Assembly: GCA_049970055.1 (NCBI GenBank)
Contig: JBMFNR010000002.1
Span: 276,406-340,405, forward strand
Length of the DNA stretch: 64,000 bases
Source: Fervidobacterium sp.
GTDB lineage: Bacteria > Thermotogota > Thermotogae > Thermotogales > Fervidobacteriaceae
Direction: 5' to 3'
Shown here piece after piece: positions 21,818 through 31,183 of this stretch. Numbering within the stretch: position 1 is the first letter of the stretch; each line of letters opens with the position of its first letter. A model generated the notes under the pieces. It ran no database searches and was not told where the DNA came from. It worked only from the letters and a program-made list of their open reading frames with translations. The translations under genes and the position numbers were made by a program.

Positions 21818-21869
21818 ATTTTTGGCAATGAGAAAGAACGAGAATAAGAGAAATTGGGGAGTGGGACAC

Positions 21870-22931
21870 TTGGGGCAAGGGGTTTTTTTGCTTTCTTTAA
21901 CTAATCTTTTTACGATTCAACGTTGGAACAACCGCCCTGCGATTATAAGGTTCTCCGAGGCGGATAATGCGTTCAACACGTTGTTTCTTTCTTTTCTCTT
22001 TAAATTGGTTGAAAAAAAGCCAGTTGAGGAAAGTTTAAAGTGGCGTTTGAAAAGAGAGCTGCCGAAAATAGTGCTCTCTGATGTTTCTTTACAATTGAAA
22101 GAGCGTATCGAACGTTTCTCACCGCAAGTATGGAGGCAAGTTACGGAAAAATCTATTCAAGATCTGCGAAAAATCGCTGGTGATGAAGTTGTGGATTTGC
22201 TGATTGAACCTTCCCAGGAAAGTGACTTGGATAAATTAGCCGACCTTTATATAAGTTACCTTGAAGCGCGCGAGAATGGTAAATTCTTCGATTACAACCA
22301 ACCTCTGGTGGAACTAAACGAAAAGATCGAAAAACTGAAATCACATTTTGACGAATCGAAAATTTCGGTATTTTGGGATCTGGCTCAGTATACTTGGACG
22401 CCTTTGATTAATCTTACTTCGATGGTACGATGGAATAGAAGTCACAGGAATGTGAGAACATCCGTTTCGGGTCATTCTTTTATTGTTGTAACGATATCTT
22501 ACTTAATTGCAAAGTTAATTAGCTTTGAAAAAGTTGAGGAGGTAATTTTAAAATCTATTCTCCACGACTTGCCTGAAGCGTTCACGGGTGACGTAATAAC
22601 ACCAACAAAAAAGAAAGTGCCTGGGCTGGAAGAACTCGTGGGTATTGTCGAGAGAGAAATGGTGCTTGAATGGACGGAAGGTAATGAGAAAACTCGGGTA
22701 TTGAGAGAATACATAGATTTTTGCGTGAATCCATTTGAGGGTGAGAGTGGAAGGATTGTTCGGACGGCAGACTATCTTTCGGCTTTGCTGGAGTGTGCGG
22801 TTGAGATTCGCTCCGGTAATGGGCTTAATGTATTCAAAGAAAGCTTTTTCGAGTTTAAAAAACTTTTGAAGCAGATCTCACCGATAGATGTTTCGGAATG
22901 GATCGATGAGATCGAGTCATATATTCTGTGA
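21870..22931 (+). CDS. HD-domain phosphohydrolase (YfbR/5'-deoxynucleotidase-like), internally duplicated
   Basis: RWN...SVSGHS, LHDLPEAFTGD and ADYLSA in the C-terminal half; TTG start after GGGGAG. Confidence 0.8.
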   Translation: MGQGVFLLSLTNLFTIQRWNNRPAIIRFSEADNAFNTLFLSFLFKLVEKKPVEESLKWRLKRELPKIVLSDVSLQLKERIERFSPQVWRQVTEKSIQDLRKIAGDEVVDLLIEPSQESDLDKLADLYISYLEARENGKFFDYNQPLVELNEKIEKLKSHFDESKISVFWDLAQYTWTPLINLTSMVRWNRSHRNVRTSVSGHSFIVVTISYLIAKLISFEKVEEVILKSILHDLPEAFTGDVITPTKKKVPGLEELVGIVEREMVLEWTEGNEKTRVLREYIDFCVNPFEGESGRIVRTADYLSALLECAVEIRSGNGLNVFKESFFEFKKLLKQISPIDVSEWIDEIESYIL

Positions 22932-22991
22932 ATATTCGTGAATAATTGTGAGTAATTGCGAGTAGTGGATAATTGATAGGGAGAGGTAGTT

Positions 22992-23636
22992 ATGGTGGAT
23001 TTTAAGATGACAAAAGATGGGCTTGTGCTTTACATCAAAGATTACGCAGATATACTCGATGTGCTTCAAAAGATAGAAGACAAGATAAAAAGTATGGGAA
23101 ATTTTTTTGCAAAAGGTGATAAGATAATGCTTTTAGTTGAGGAACATGAAAAGCATATATCGGATATTCCAAAGATCGTTGCACGTGTTCAAGAACTTGG
23201 CTTAACTATTTCTCATGTGCTCATGGGTTCTGAAGGTATGAATGAGGTTGTTGTTAAAAAGAAAGTGGATATGGTTAACCAAGGCGATACACGTTCTGGT
23301 ACAAAGATAGTGAAGAAAAATCTAAGAAGTGGGCAAAGTATTATTCATTCAGGAGATGTTACATTAATTGGTAACTTACACGCTGGAGCAGAAATTGTTG
23401 CAGGTGGTAGTGTGGTCATATTTGGAAGATGCCAAGGAACAGTTAGGGCAGGGATTAATGAGGGAAGGGAATCGATTATAGCAGCGTTATCTTTTGAAGC
23501 ACCTTTTGTTCAAATTTCAGACGTTAAGGGAACGTTTACCGAAAAGTACAACTTTCCCTGCGTACTTTATGTGAAAGCGGGTAGAATAGAAATCGTCAAA
23601 TATGATGGAAAAATGGGAGGGATCAGTCTTGAGTGA
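22992..23636 (+). CDS. minC: Septum site-determining protein MinC
   Basis: LRSGQ.I...GDV..IGN...GAEIVAGG..VIFG...G beta-helix motif. Confidence 0.92.
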   Translation: MVDFKMTKDGLVLYIKDYADILDVLQKIEDKIKSMGNFFAKGDKIMLLVEEHEKHISDIPKIVARVQELGLTISHVLMGSEGMNEVVVKKKVDMVNQGDTRSGTKIVKKNLRSGQSIIHSGDVTLIGNLHAGAEIVAGGSVVIFGRCQGTVRAGINEGRESIIAALSFEAPFVQISDVKGTFTEKYNFPCVLYVKAGRIEIVKYDGKMGGISLE

Positions 23637-24669
23637 AATTTTTAAGAAATTATCAACTACCGAGTTACTTTTGAAATTAACCTCGATACCGGGACCTTCT
23701 GGGTACGAAGATGAAGTACTTGACGAAATAAGAAAGGTTATGGAACCATTATCAGATGAGTGCTTCGGAACACCGATGGGAAGTCTTGTGTGTGTGAAAA
23801 AGGGTAAAGGACCGAAAATAGGGTTCTTTGCCCATACGGACCAGATCGCGTTTGTTGTTACGAAAATTTACGAAGATGGATTTTTGAGGTTATCGGGAGT
23901 TGGTGGATGGGACCCGAAAACGGTGATAAGTCAGAAGGTCCATATACACACAAAGAATGGGAAGTTGGTAGGAATCGTGGGCTTTATGCCTCCCCATTTA
24001 CAAACAACGGAGGAATCGAAAAAGGTTCCAGATTACGACCATTTATTTGTTGATGTTACAATGAACGATAATTGGAAGGTAATATCGGTGGGTGACTTGG
24101 TAACATTAGATGTTCAAGGTTTTGAAAAATCAGATGTTGTCTTTGCACCTGCGTTGGATAACAGAGCAAGTTGCGTTGCAATAATTAAAGCGGCGGAAAT
24201 TCTATCTAAGATAAATACCGATGCGCAAGTGTACTATGTGTTCTCCACACAAGAAGAAATAGGCGGGCCCGGAGCCAAAAGTGGGGCTTATTTATCGGAA
24301 GTAGACTATGGTGTAGTAATTGACGTAACTCATGGTGATGAAGATGTACCTGGTTATCCAAAAATAAAAATGGGGGAAGGTCCCGCCGTCGCTGTGGGAC
24401 CGGTTACGAATAGAAAATTTGTAGAGCATATTAAGAAAGTGGCTGGAAGGTATAATATAAAAACACAGGTTGAGCCGATACCGGGAAGATCTGGAACGGA
24501 CACTGACGAGGTACAACTCACCAGGATAGGAGTTAAGACCGCGCTTATTTCAATTCCACTCAAATATATGCATAACCCGTATGAAAAAATTTTTGTGAAA
24601 GATGTCGATGACACAGCAAAATTACTTGCATTTTCTGCTGCAGAGATTTCGGAGGTGGATGAAATATGA
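23629..24669 (+). CDS. M42 family (TET) metallo-aminopeptidase
   Basis: PGPSGYE, AHTD, ALDNR, TQEEIG and YMH motifs; TTG start after GGAGG. Confidence 0.9.
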   Translation: MSEIFKKLSTTELLLKLTSIPGPSGYEDEVLDEIRKVMEPLSDECFGTPMGSLVCVKKGKGPKIGFFAHTDQIAFVVTKIYEDGFLRLSGVGGWDPKTVISQKVHIHTKNGKLVGIVGFMPPHLQTTEESKKVPDYDHLFVDVTMNDNWKVISVGDLVTLDVQGFEKSDVVFAPALDNRASCVAIIKAAEILSKINTDAQVYYVFSTQEEIGGPGAKSGAYLSEVDYGVVIDVTHGDEDVPGYPKIKMGEGPAVAVGPVTNRKFVEHIKKVAGRYNIKTQVEPIPGRSGTDTDEVQLTRIGVKTALISIPLKYMHNPYEKIFVKDVDDTAKLLAFSAAEISEVDEI

Positions 24670-25676
24670 TGAAATACTTAAAAGAACTTACCGAATTAAA
24701 GGGTGTATCTGGTTTTGAAGATGATGTGAGAGAATACATAAAGGAGAAAATAAAAGATAAGGTGGATGGACTATACGTAGATAGAATGGGCAATTTAATC
24801 GCGTTAAAAAAAGGTAATGGCACAGGTAAAAGGATATTACTCGATGCGCATATGGATGAGGTTGGGCTCATGGTAACAAGTATAAATGAGGACGGAACGC
24901 TCTCGTTCGCTCCGATTGGTGGAGTCGATCCCAGGGTAGTTATTGGTAAAAAAGTGCAAATAGGTAAGGACGTGTTTGGTGTGATTGGATACAAAGCAGT
25001 CCATTTGCAAAAAGAAGGTATAATGAGCACACCAAAGTATTCTGAACTTAAGATAGACATTGGTGCAAAGTCCAAACAAGAGGCTGAAAAGCAAGTCAAA
25101 ATAGGTGATATGGTTGCATTTACTACAAATTACCAAGAGCTTGGTGATTTTGTTATAGCCAAGGCGTTGGATGATAGGTGTGGGTGCAGCGTACTGATGG
25201 ATCTGATAGATAAATTAAACGAGACGTTAAAATCACCTCACGATGTGTATTTTGCTTTTACAGTCCAAGAGGAAACGGGACTGAGAGGACCTGCTGTGAT
25301 AGCAGAACAGGTAAACGTTGACGTGGCGATTGCGGTTGAAACAACGACAAGTGGTGACGATCCGGAACTTGAAAAGCAATTATGGTCGACACACCTTGGC
25401 AATGGTCCTGCGATAACATTTATGCACAGTGGGTACGTTGTACATCAAGAGATCTTTGAGAAGCTCGTTCAGATTGCAAAAGATAACAACATCCCATTTC
25501 AATACAAAATGCGTACGGTAGGTGGTACAAACGCAAGAAGGTACGCACTTACCGGTATACCAGCAGGTGTTGTATCAGTCCCTGCAAGGTACATACATAG
25601 CCCTATTTCATCGATAAACAAGAAAGATTACGAAAATACTCTCAGACTACTTGAGAAATATATCGAGAATGAGTAG
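24666..25676 (+). CDS. M42 family (TET) metallo-aminopeptidase
   Basis: GVSGFE, AHMDEVG, ALDDR, VQEETG and RYIH motifs. Confidence 0.92.
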   Translation: MMKYLKELTELKGVSGFEDDVREYIKEKIKDKVDGLYVDRMGNLIALKKGNGTGKRILLDAHMDEVGLMVTSINEDGTLSFAPIGGVDPRVVIGKKVQIGKDVFGVIGYKAVHLQKEGIMSTPKYSELKIDIGAKSKQEAEKQVKIGDMVAFTTNYQELGDFVIAKALDDRCGCSVLMDLIDKLNETLKSPHDVYFAFTVQEETGLRGPAVIAEQVNVDVAIAVETTTSGDDPELEKQLWSTHLGNGPAITFMHSGYVVHQEIFEKLVQIAKDNNIPFQYKMRTVGGTNARRYALTGIPAGVVSVPARYIHSPISSINKKDYENTLRLLEKYIENE

Positions 25677-25714
25677 TTATATTTCATTTATGTAAAATTT
25701 AGTAGTAATTGCTA

Positions 25715-25755
25715 TTGACACTAAGTTGACATGATTAAATCAAATTTGGTATAAT
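25715..25755 (+). promoter_or_regulatory. Near-consensus sigma70-type promoter for the lipoprotein-fervidolysin operon
   Basis: TTGACA (25726)-18 nt-TATAAT (25750) with extended TG; a second TTGACA at 25715. Confidence 0.75.
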
Positions 25756-25849
25756 AATAAATACGTTAAAGACACAATTGCGATGACGGAGGAATTTCTG
25801 CACATAGATTGTTGAGTACAAGAACATTCTAACGAAGGGGGGATTTACG

Positions 25850-28258
25850 GTGAAAAAGTATGTTTTTACGGTAGTAGCAGTTTTGCTAGTTTTACTCGCG
25901 ATGTTTTCATGTACTCCAACTCCAGTGAACAAACCACCGGTCTGGACTGCGGAATCATACACAGTATCAAGCACGGTAGGTCAGGAGGTAGTATTTGATC
26001 TATCTGACAAAGTTTCAGACCCAGACGGTGATCCAGTAACGATAACAGTTGAAAGCACAAGTGCAACGGTTACGTCGGAGAAAAAGTTTAAGTTCACAAC
26101 AACTGAAGCAGGTAGTTTTGTTTTTAAACTAAAAGCATCCGATGGAAAAGGTGGAACAGCTGTTGCATTTTTGGTTGTTCAAGTTTCACCTGTCCCAAAC
26201 AATAAGCCAACTTGGAAAAATGGTCCTTACACAGCGTCCGTTGAAAAGGGGCAGGTTCTACAATATGACCTTTCAGGGAAAGTTGAAGATCCAGACGGGG
26301 ACAGTGTTACAGTTACTATCGAAGTGCAAGACTTTGGTGCAACTATTGAAGGCACGGTTTTCAAATGGAATACAGCGGGTGTGAACGAAGGGGTGTACAA
26401 TTTCACACTTAAGGCGACAGACTCAAAAGGATTGTTTGCATATGAAAGCTTAACAGTGACTGTTAATCCACCGGTTGTTCCAAATAGAGCTCCTGTTGTT
26501 TTACCTCTTGCAAACGTTTCAGCAAAAGTCGGTCAGGAAATTTCCATAGATCTTAAAAATTACGTTTCCGATCCAGATGGTGATCCTATTCAGATAACCA
26601 AAATAAGTGGCCCTGGTGCAATCGTTGGCACAAAATATGTATGGTTCCCCTCTAAAATTGTTGATTCTTATGAAACTGTTACTTTGAAGTTCTCAGATGG
26701 AAGAGGCGGAGAAACAACGTCAAGCTTCAAAGTTATTGCACAAACACCAGGAAGTGCATCTGTTGTTGTTTACGTGACGGACTACAAGAGTGGACCAGCA
26801 ACCCAGGGTGCGACAGTAAGTATTTTGAGAAATGGCGATGTGGTAGCATTTGCAACAACGGATGAAAACGGAAAAGCTAGCTTTTCGGATCTGCTATTAA
26901 CAAGTACAGATTTCGATGTCTTAATTACAAAAGATGGTTATGCAAAAACATACATCGAAGGGTTAAGATTAAAAGATGGTCAAACACTCGAGTTTGAAAC
27001 GCAGATGAGGGTAGCCACGATCGGAAATACAGCTTCAAATAAACCATTTGAAATCGATTTTGAAATTTTAGACCAGAATGGTAATCCACTTAACGACAAC
27101 ACTGTTTACACGGATAAAATAATGGTAACAGGTATGGCAACTTCTACAGAATACACATTCAACCTCTGGTATGTAAAAGTTGGTGGTGTGCCAGGTACAG
27201 GCACATTTACTAACCCGAGGGTGATTGGATACAGTGGCGAAATTTATGCGGCACCTTCCGTTGCGGAATTTGAAGGAATGACTCCAGTGTACATCGATAT
27301 GTACGATCAAAACGATAATAGGTACGAAAAGATTGTGTACATATACGTTTCGCGAACACCAGCAACAGCCATAACACCATATATTGTTCAGAAATACACA
27401 AATGCTGTTCCAACAGGGTACAATATCGTTTCCGTGGCAAGGCGCGCACCAATTGAATACTACGGTAAAAAAGATCCAAAACCAACCGCTGCAGAAAACG
27501 GAACGAACCTGTACGTTAGGATCTATTGGAGACCGTGGTACTCAACTTCGGGAACAACCAAGCCAAAAGCTTACAAGATTTACAGATCATTCGATGGAGT
27601 TCTCTTCGAACCTGTGGCAATTGTACCAAATACTGTTTATACATTCACAGACTATTCAGCAAAACTGGAACCGAATAAGAAGGTATGGTACGCAGTTTCA
27701 TCTGTTTACGATGGATACGAGGCACCATACACAATTATAGGAAATGTTATACCGCTTCCAATGTTCTCAGTTACAGATGTAAGTCCAATCAACGGCTCAG
27801 TAGACGTACCAAGGGACCCAGAGTTCACTTGGAGATTCAATGGACCAACTACAACATCTGAAGGTAACGTAACTTACTTATATGATATCTGGCTATATGA
27901 CGAAGTGGTAAATGACTACGGCTACTACTCAATTTCCAAAGCGCTTAATGGAAGTTATTCAATATTTGGCCTCATACCAGCATCTGACGGTGGCACGGTA
28001 AACATTAAATTTAGTGATTATACAAATCCAACAAGTCCATACAGGTGGGTTGATTTTGCAGCGTTGAACTGGTATCCATACGATAAATTACAAGCAAATA
28101 AAACATACGAATGGGGCAATGAACTCTTAGCAGCTAGAGTCATTGATAGCACGGATAGATCAATTTCATATGCAATATACATTGATAACAACAATGTTCT
28201 GGGCTTTGGAACTACAGAAACAGAAGTGTACCACAGATTCGTAACTGGCGATAATTAA
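25850..28258 (+). CDS. Surface lipoprotein with three cadherin/Ig-like repeats plus beta-sandwich/FN3-like domains
   Basis: Lipobox MFSC; three repeats of N.(P)P.....(S/E)DPDGD...A.D..G; C-terminal half paralogous to 15079-16656. Confidence 0.8.
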   Translation: MKKYVFTVVAVLLVLLAMFSCTPTPVNKPPVWTAESYTVSSTVGQEVVFDLSDKVSDPDGDPVTITVESTSATVTSEKKFKFTTTEAGSFVFKLKASDGKGGTAVAFLVVQVSPVPNNKPTWKNGPYTASVEKGQVLQYDLSGKVEDPDGDSVTVTIEVQDFGATIEGTVFKWNTAGVNEGVYNFTLKATDSKGLFAYESLTVTVNPPVVPNRAPVVLPLANVSAKVGQEISIDLKNYVSDPDGDPIQITKISGPGAIVGTKYVWFPSKIVDSYETVTLKFSDGRGGETTSSFKVIAQTPGSASVVVYVTDYKSGPATQGATVSILRNGDVVAFATTDENGKASFSDLLLTSTDFDVLITKDGYAKTYIEGLRLKDGQTLEFETQMRVATIGNTASNKPFEIDFEILDQNGNPLNDNTVYTDKIMVTGMATSTEYTFNLWYVKVGGVPGTGTFTNPRVIGYSGEIYAAPSVAEFEGMTPVYIDMYDQNDNRYEKIVYIYVSRTPATAITPYIVQKYTNAVPTGYNIVSVARRAPIEYYGKKDPKPTAAENGTNLYVRIYWRPWYSTSGTTKPKAYKIYRSFDGVLFEPVAIVPNTVYTFTDYSAKLEPNKKVWYAVSSVYDGYEAPYTIIGNVIPLPMFSVTDVSPINGSVDVPRDPEFTWRFNGPTTTSEGNVTYLYDIWLYDEVVNDYGYYSISKALNGSYSIFGLIPASDGGTVNIKFSDYTNPTSPYRWVDFAALNWYPYDKLQANKTYEWGNELLAARVIDSTDRSISYAIYIDNNNVLGFGTTETEVYHRFVTGDN

Positions 28259-28275
28259 GGAAGGGGGGATCGAAG

Positions 28276-30402
28276 ATGAAAAGATCATTACTTCTTGTTA
28301 GTATTGCGCTTGTTTTCCTTTTGGTATTTTCTTGTATGACAAATAGTCCACAAAACACGAAAGTAGGGCTTAGGCCTTTTGAACCAGGTTACAATCCGGA
28401 GAAGGTAGAAATAGCCAAGCCAGATGGTTTCAAAGTTCTGTTTGGTGAACTTAAAGATGGAGAATACACGGAAGGTAAAGTTCTTGTCGGATACGAAGCA
28501 GGTTCAAGAAGTGAAGTTGATAAAATTGTCAAAGCTTTGAAAGGTAAAGTTGTTTTGGAGATTCCAGAAATAAATGTTGTCTCAATATCTTTCAATGGGA
28601 CAGTTAGTAAAGCGTACGAGATCATCAAGAAACTTGATGTTAAAGGTATAAAATACGTTGAACCAAGTTACAAAAGAGAACTCATTGAGCCAACAAGAGT
28701 CGAGAGAAATCCAGAAATTTTCTCAAAGAAAGGAAATGTCTTGCTGCAATCTCGTGATTATGGAGAGGAACTTTCGAACGAACTATGGGGTCTTGAAGCG
28801 ATGGGAGTTAGTGAATCGCTTTGGAACGAAGCATCGGGAACTGGTATTATCGTTGCAGTTGTTGATACAGGTGTAGATGGCACGCATCCAGACCTTGAAG
28901 GGCAAGTTATCGAAGGTTACAGACCTTTTTTGGATAAAGAATTACCTGCTGGAACAGATTCATCGTTTGGTGGATCTCACGGTACACACGTTGCAGGAAC
29001 GATTGCGGCAAGGAAAGATGGCAAAGGTATAGTTGGTGTTGCGCCAAATGCAAAGATAATGCCAATTGTTATATTTGATGATCCAGCAATTGTTGGTGGG
29101 AATGGGTACGTAGGTGATGATTATGTTGCTGCAGGGATTATATGGGCAGTTAATCATGGTGCCAAGGTAATGAACAACTCGTGGGGTGGCTGGGGATACA
29201 GCTACACCATGAAGGCCGCGTTCGATTACGCTCTAAAAAACAATGTAATAATGGTAGTTTCAGCAGGTAATGCACACTCTGATTCTCACCATCAATATCC
29301 AGCGGGTTACCCTGGTGTAATTCAGGTAGCAGCTGCTGAGTACAATGGAGGCAATTACAAAACCGTATGGTTCTCAAGCAGAAGCGATGGAGTAATAGTT
29401 GCAGCACCTGGTGTCGCTATTCTTTCAACTGTTCCAGGAGAAAATAGTATTGGATACGAAGGTCACAATCCAAACGTTCCCGCAACAAACGGTGGTACAT
29501 ATGATTACTATCAAGGCACATCGATGGCGGCACCACATGTGACGGGAACAGTGGCTGTTCTTTTGCAAAAATTCCCATATGCAAAAGCATGGCAGATAAG
29601 GAAATTACTTGAACAAACAGCTATGGACATTGACGATACGGGTTGGGATCACCACTCAGGTTACGGTCTTGTGCAGTTGAATCATGCACTCGCTGGTACT
29701 ATACCAACAACAGGTGGTATAGAAGAATTAAGAATCTTAGTTAAAGATGCCTCCGTCAGTTTTGGTGTTCCGACGGTTTGGGCTCAACTTTTGAGAGATA
29801 ACGGAGCATGTTATTATGCAAAGACGAATGCAAATGGCTACGCAAGTTTCTATCAAATTGATGATATGAATATATCCGAAGATAGCACTAATGTAGTTAT
29901 CGCAGGTCCAGACCACATGGATAGAGCTCTTGCACCAACAAAAGATGGAAGCGTTCCAGGAGGCTGGGCAATTGCGCTAAGAATGGCTGAAGAAAGAAAA
30001 CCGCAAATATTAAATGTAACTTCTGATGGTACAGTTGTTGCTGTGTTAAGTTCTGAATTTAAAGTTGAGTTCAACAATGACCTTGGTAGAAATGCGCTCC
30101 TAATTGTATCAGATCCGATGTTAAATGAAACTTACGGTTATTATACATACCAAAAAGATATGCAGTACGATCTTTCATCATACTCAGGACAAATAACTTT
30201 GGGAATTGTTAAAGTGGTACCAGCAACAACCGACATTACAATCACCGGAACTGCTACATTGAACGGCGTTAAAATTCCAATTTCAGGTGTATTGAAAGCG
30301 GGTAAAACATTCGCTGTTGTGGATGATTACCAAGGTATGAATTTCGGAACGGATAATGAGCCATTATACGCATGGTGGACGGTATTTGGAAAAATACAAT
30401 AA
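28276..30402 (+). CDS. fls: Fervidolysin/islandisin-like S8 serine protease (keratinase type), lipoprotein
   Basis: Lipobox VFSC, propeptide, catalytic VDTG / HGTHVAG / GTSMA and C-terminal sandwich domains; resembles fervidolysin as recalled. Confidence 0.88.
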   Translation: MKRSLLLVSIALVFLLVFSCMTNSPQNTKVGLRPFEPGYNPEKVEIAKPDGFKVLFGELKDGEYTEGKVLVGYEAGSRSEVDKIVKALKGKVVLEIPEINVVSISFNGTVSKAYEIIKKLDVKGIKYVEPSYKRELIEPTRVERNPEIFSKKGNVLLQSRDYGEELSNELWGLEAMGVSESLWNEASGTGIIVAVVDTGVDGTHPDLEGQVIEGYRPFLDKELPAGTDSSFGGSHGTHVAGTIAARKDGKGIVGVAPNAKIMPIVIFDDPAIVGGNGYVGDDYVAAGIIWAVNHGAKVMNNSWGGWGYSYTMKAAFDYALKNNVIMVVSAGNAHSDSHHQYPAGYPGVIQVAAAEYNGGNYKTVWFSSRSDGVIVAAPGVAILSTVPGENSIGYEGHNPNVPATNGGTYDYYQGTSMAAPHVTGTVAVLLQKFPYAKAWQIRKLLEQTAMDIDDTGWDHHSGYGLVQLNHALAGTIPTTGGIEELRILVKDASVSFGVPTVWAQLLRDNGACYYAKTNANGYASFYQIDDMNISEDSTNVVIAGPDHMDRALAPTKDGSVPGGWAIALRMAEERKPQILNVTSDGTVVAVLSSEFKVEFNNDLGRNALLIVSDPMLNETYGYYTYQKDMQYDLSSYSGQITLGIVKVVPATTDITITGTATLNGVKIPISGVLKAGKTFAVVDDYQGMNFGTDNEPLYAWWTVFGKIQ

Positions 30403-30451
30403 AAATCCAATAGTTACTAAAAGGAACTAAAAACTTAAATAGCAAAGTAGT

Positions 30452-30484
30452 AAAAGCGCCTACCAAACACGGTAGGCGCTTTTT
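30452..30484. terminator. Bidirectional Rho-independent terminator
   Basis: AAAAGCGCCTACC-AAACAC-GGTAGGCGCTTTT between convergent operons. Confidence 0.9.
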
Positions 30485-30497
30485 AATTTGGTGTGTT

Positions 30498-31145
30498 TTA
30501 TTTTTTGACGATATCATTTTGGTTTCTTGGCAGAATCTCAAATGTGCTTTTGTACAGATACATTATGCCGGTGACAGTTACTTTGTCTCCAACTTTTAGA
30601 TCTTTCGTTGATGCATTTGCTTCTTTTCTTAGGTAGATGAGTATGCTAAAGTAGTCCGTCTTAACTGTGAATTGATAGTTTTGAATGTCTGAAATTGTTC
30701 CTTCAACAACTACAAGTGTTGAAAGTAACGAGTTTAATGTTTCGTTGATCTTTTGCTGTGATACAACGCTTACGTTTTCCTTTGCGATCTCTTCAAAAAT
30801 GGTGTTAAGGTTGAATGGTTTAACTTCCGACCTACCTATTATTTCTATTTTATCAGGTAGTATTTCAAGAATTCCATTGTAAACTTTCGTTTTTCCAGTT
30901 AATTTAACTACATCACCAATCTTGAGAGCGGTTAGATTTCCGTAAAGCATTATACCGGCATCCTTATCTTGAATCCAGGAGGTTTTGCTCATGAGTGTGT
31001 TTGGTTCGACAAGAACTACACCGGTAGCTTCAACTGTTTCTCCCTCTTTTAATGTGTAGATCTGCTTGATAGGTACGGAAAATGCTAATGTGGAAAATGT
31101 GGAAAGAAAAACAACCAAAATCATGATACTTAGTGCCTTTTTCAT
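30498..31145 (-). CDS. Exported tandem OB-fold (nucleic-acid-binding) protein
   Basis: Signal peptide; V..TGVV...WIQD..AGIMLYG....GD.V.LTG...YNG.LEI (YhcR-like OB) and a second OB ending EILPR. Confidence 0.75.
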   Translation of the reverse strand: MKKALSIMILVVFLSTFSTLAFSVPIKQIYTLKEGETVEATGVVLVEPNTLMSKTSWIQDKDAGIMLYGNLTALKIGDVVKLTGKTKVYNGILEILPDKIEIIGRSEVKPFNLNTIFEEIAKENVSVVSQQKINETLNSLLSTLVVVEGTISDIQNYQFTVKTDYFSILIYLRKEANASTKDLKVGDKVTVTGIMYLYKSTFEILPRNQNDIVKK

Positions 31146-31183
31146 ACCATCTGTCCCTCCCTATATGTCCTTGTTTGTTTTGC

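Noticed and set aside
21622..21828. 68-aa minus-strand ORF
   Set aside because: AT-rich, no motif, and it overlaps the plus-strand promoter region
22925..22976. Degenerate ~10-bp tandem repeat (GTGAATATTC/GTGAATAATT/GTGAGTAATT) before minC as a CRISPR or regulatory array
   Set aside because: The units are too short and have no spacers; probably slippage-derived
25756..25849. Riboswitch (e.g. c-di-GMP) in the leader of the fervidolysin operon
   Set aside because: No recognisable aptamer consensus or terminator; an Rfam scan would be needed
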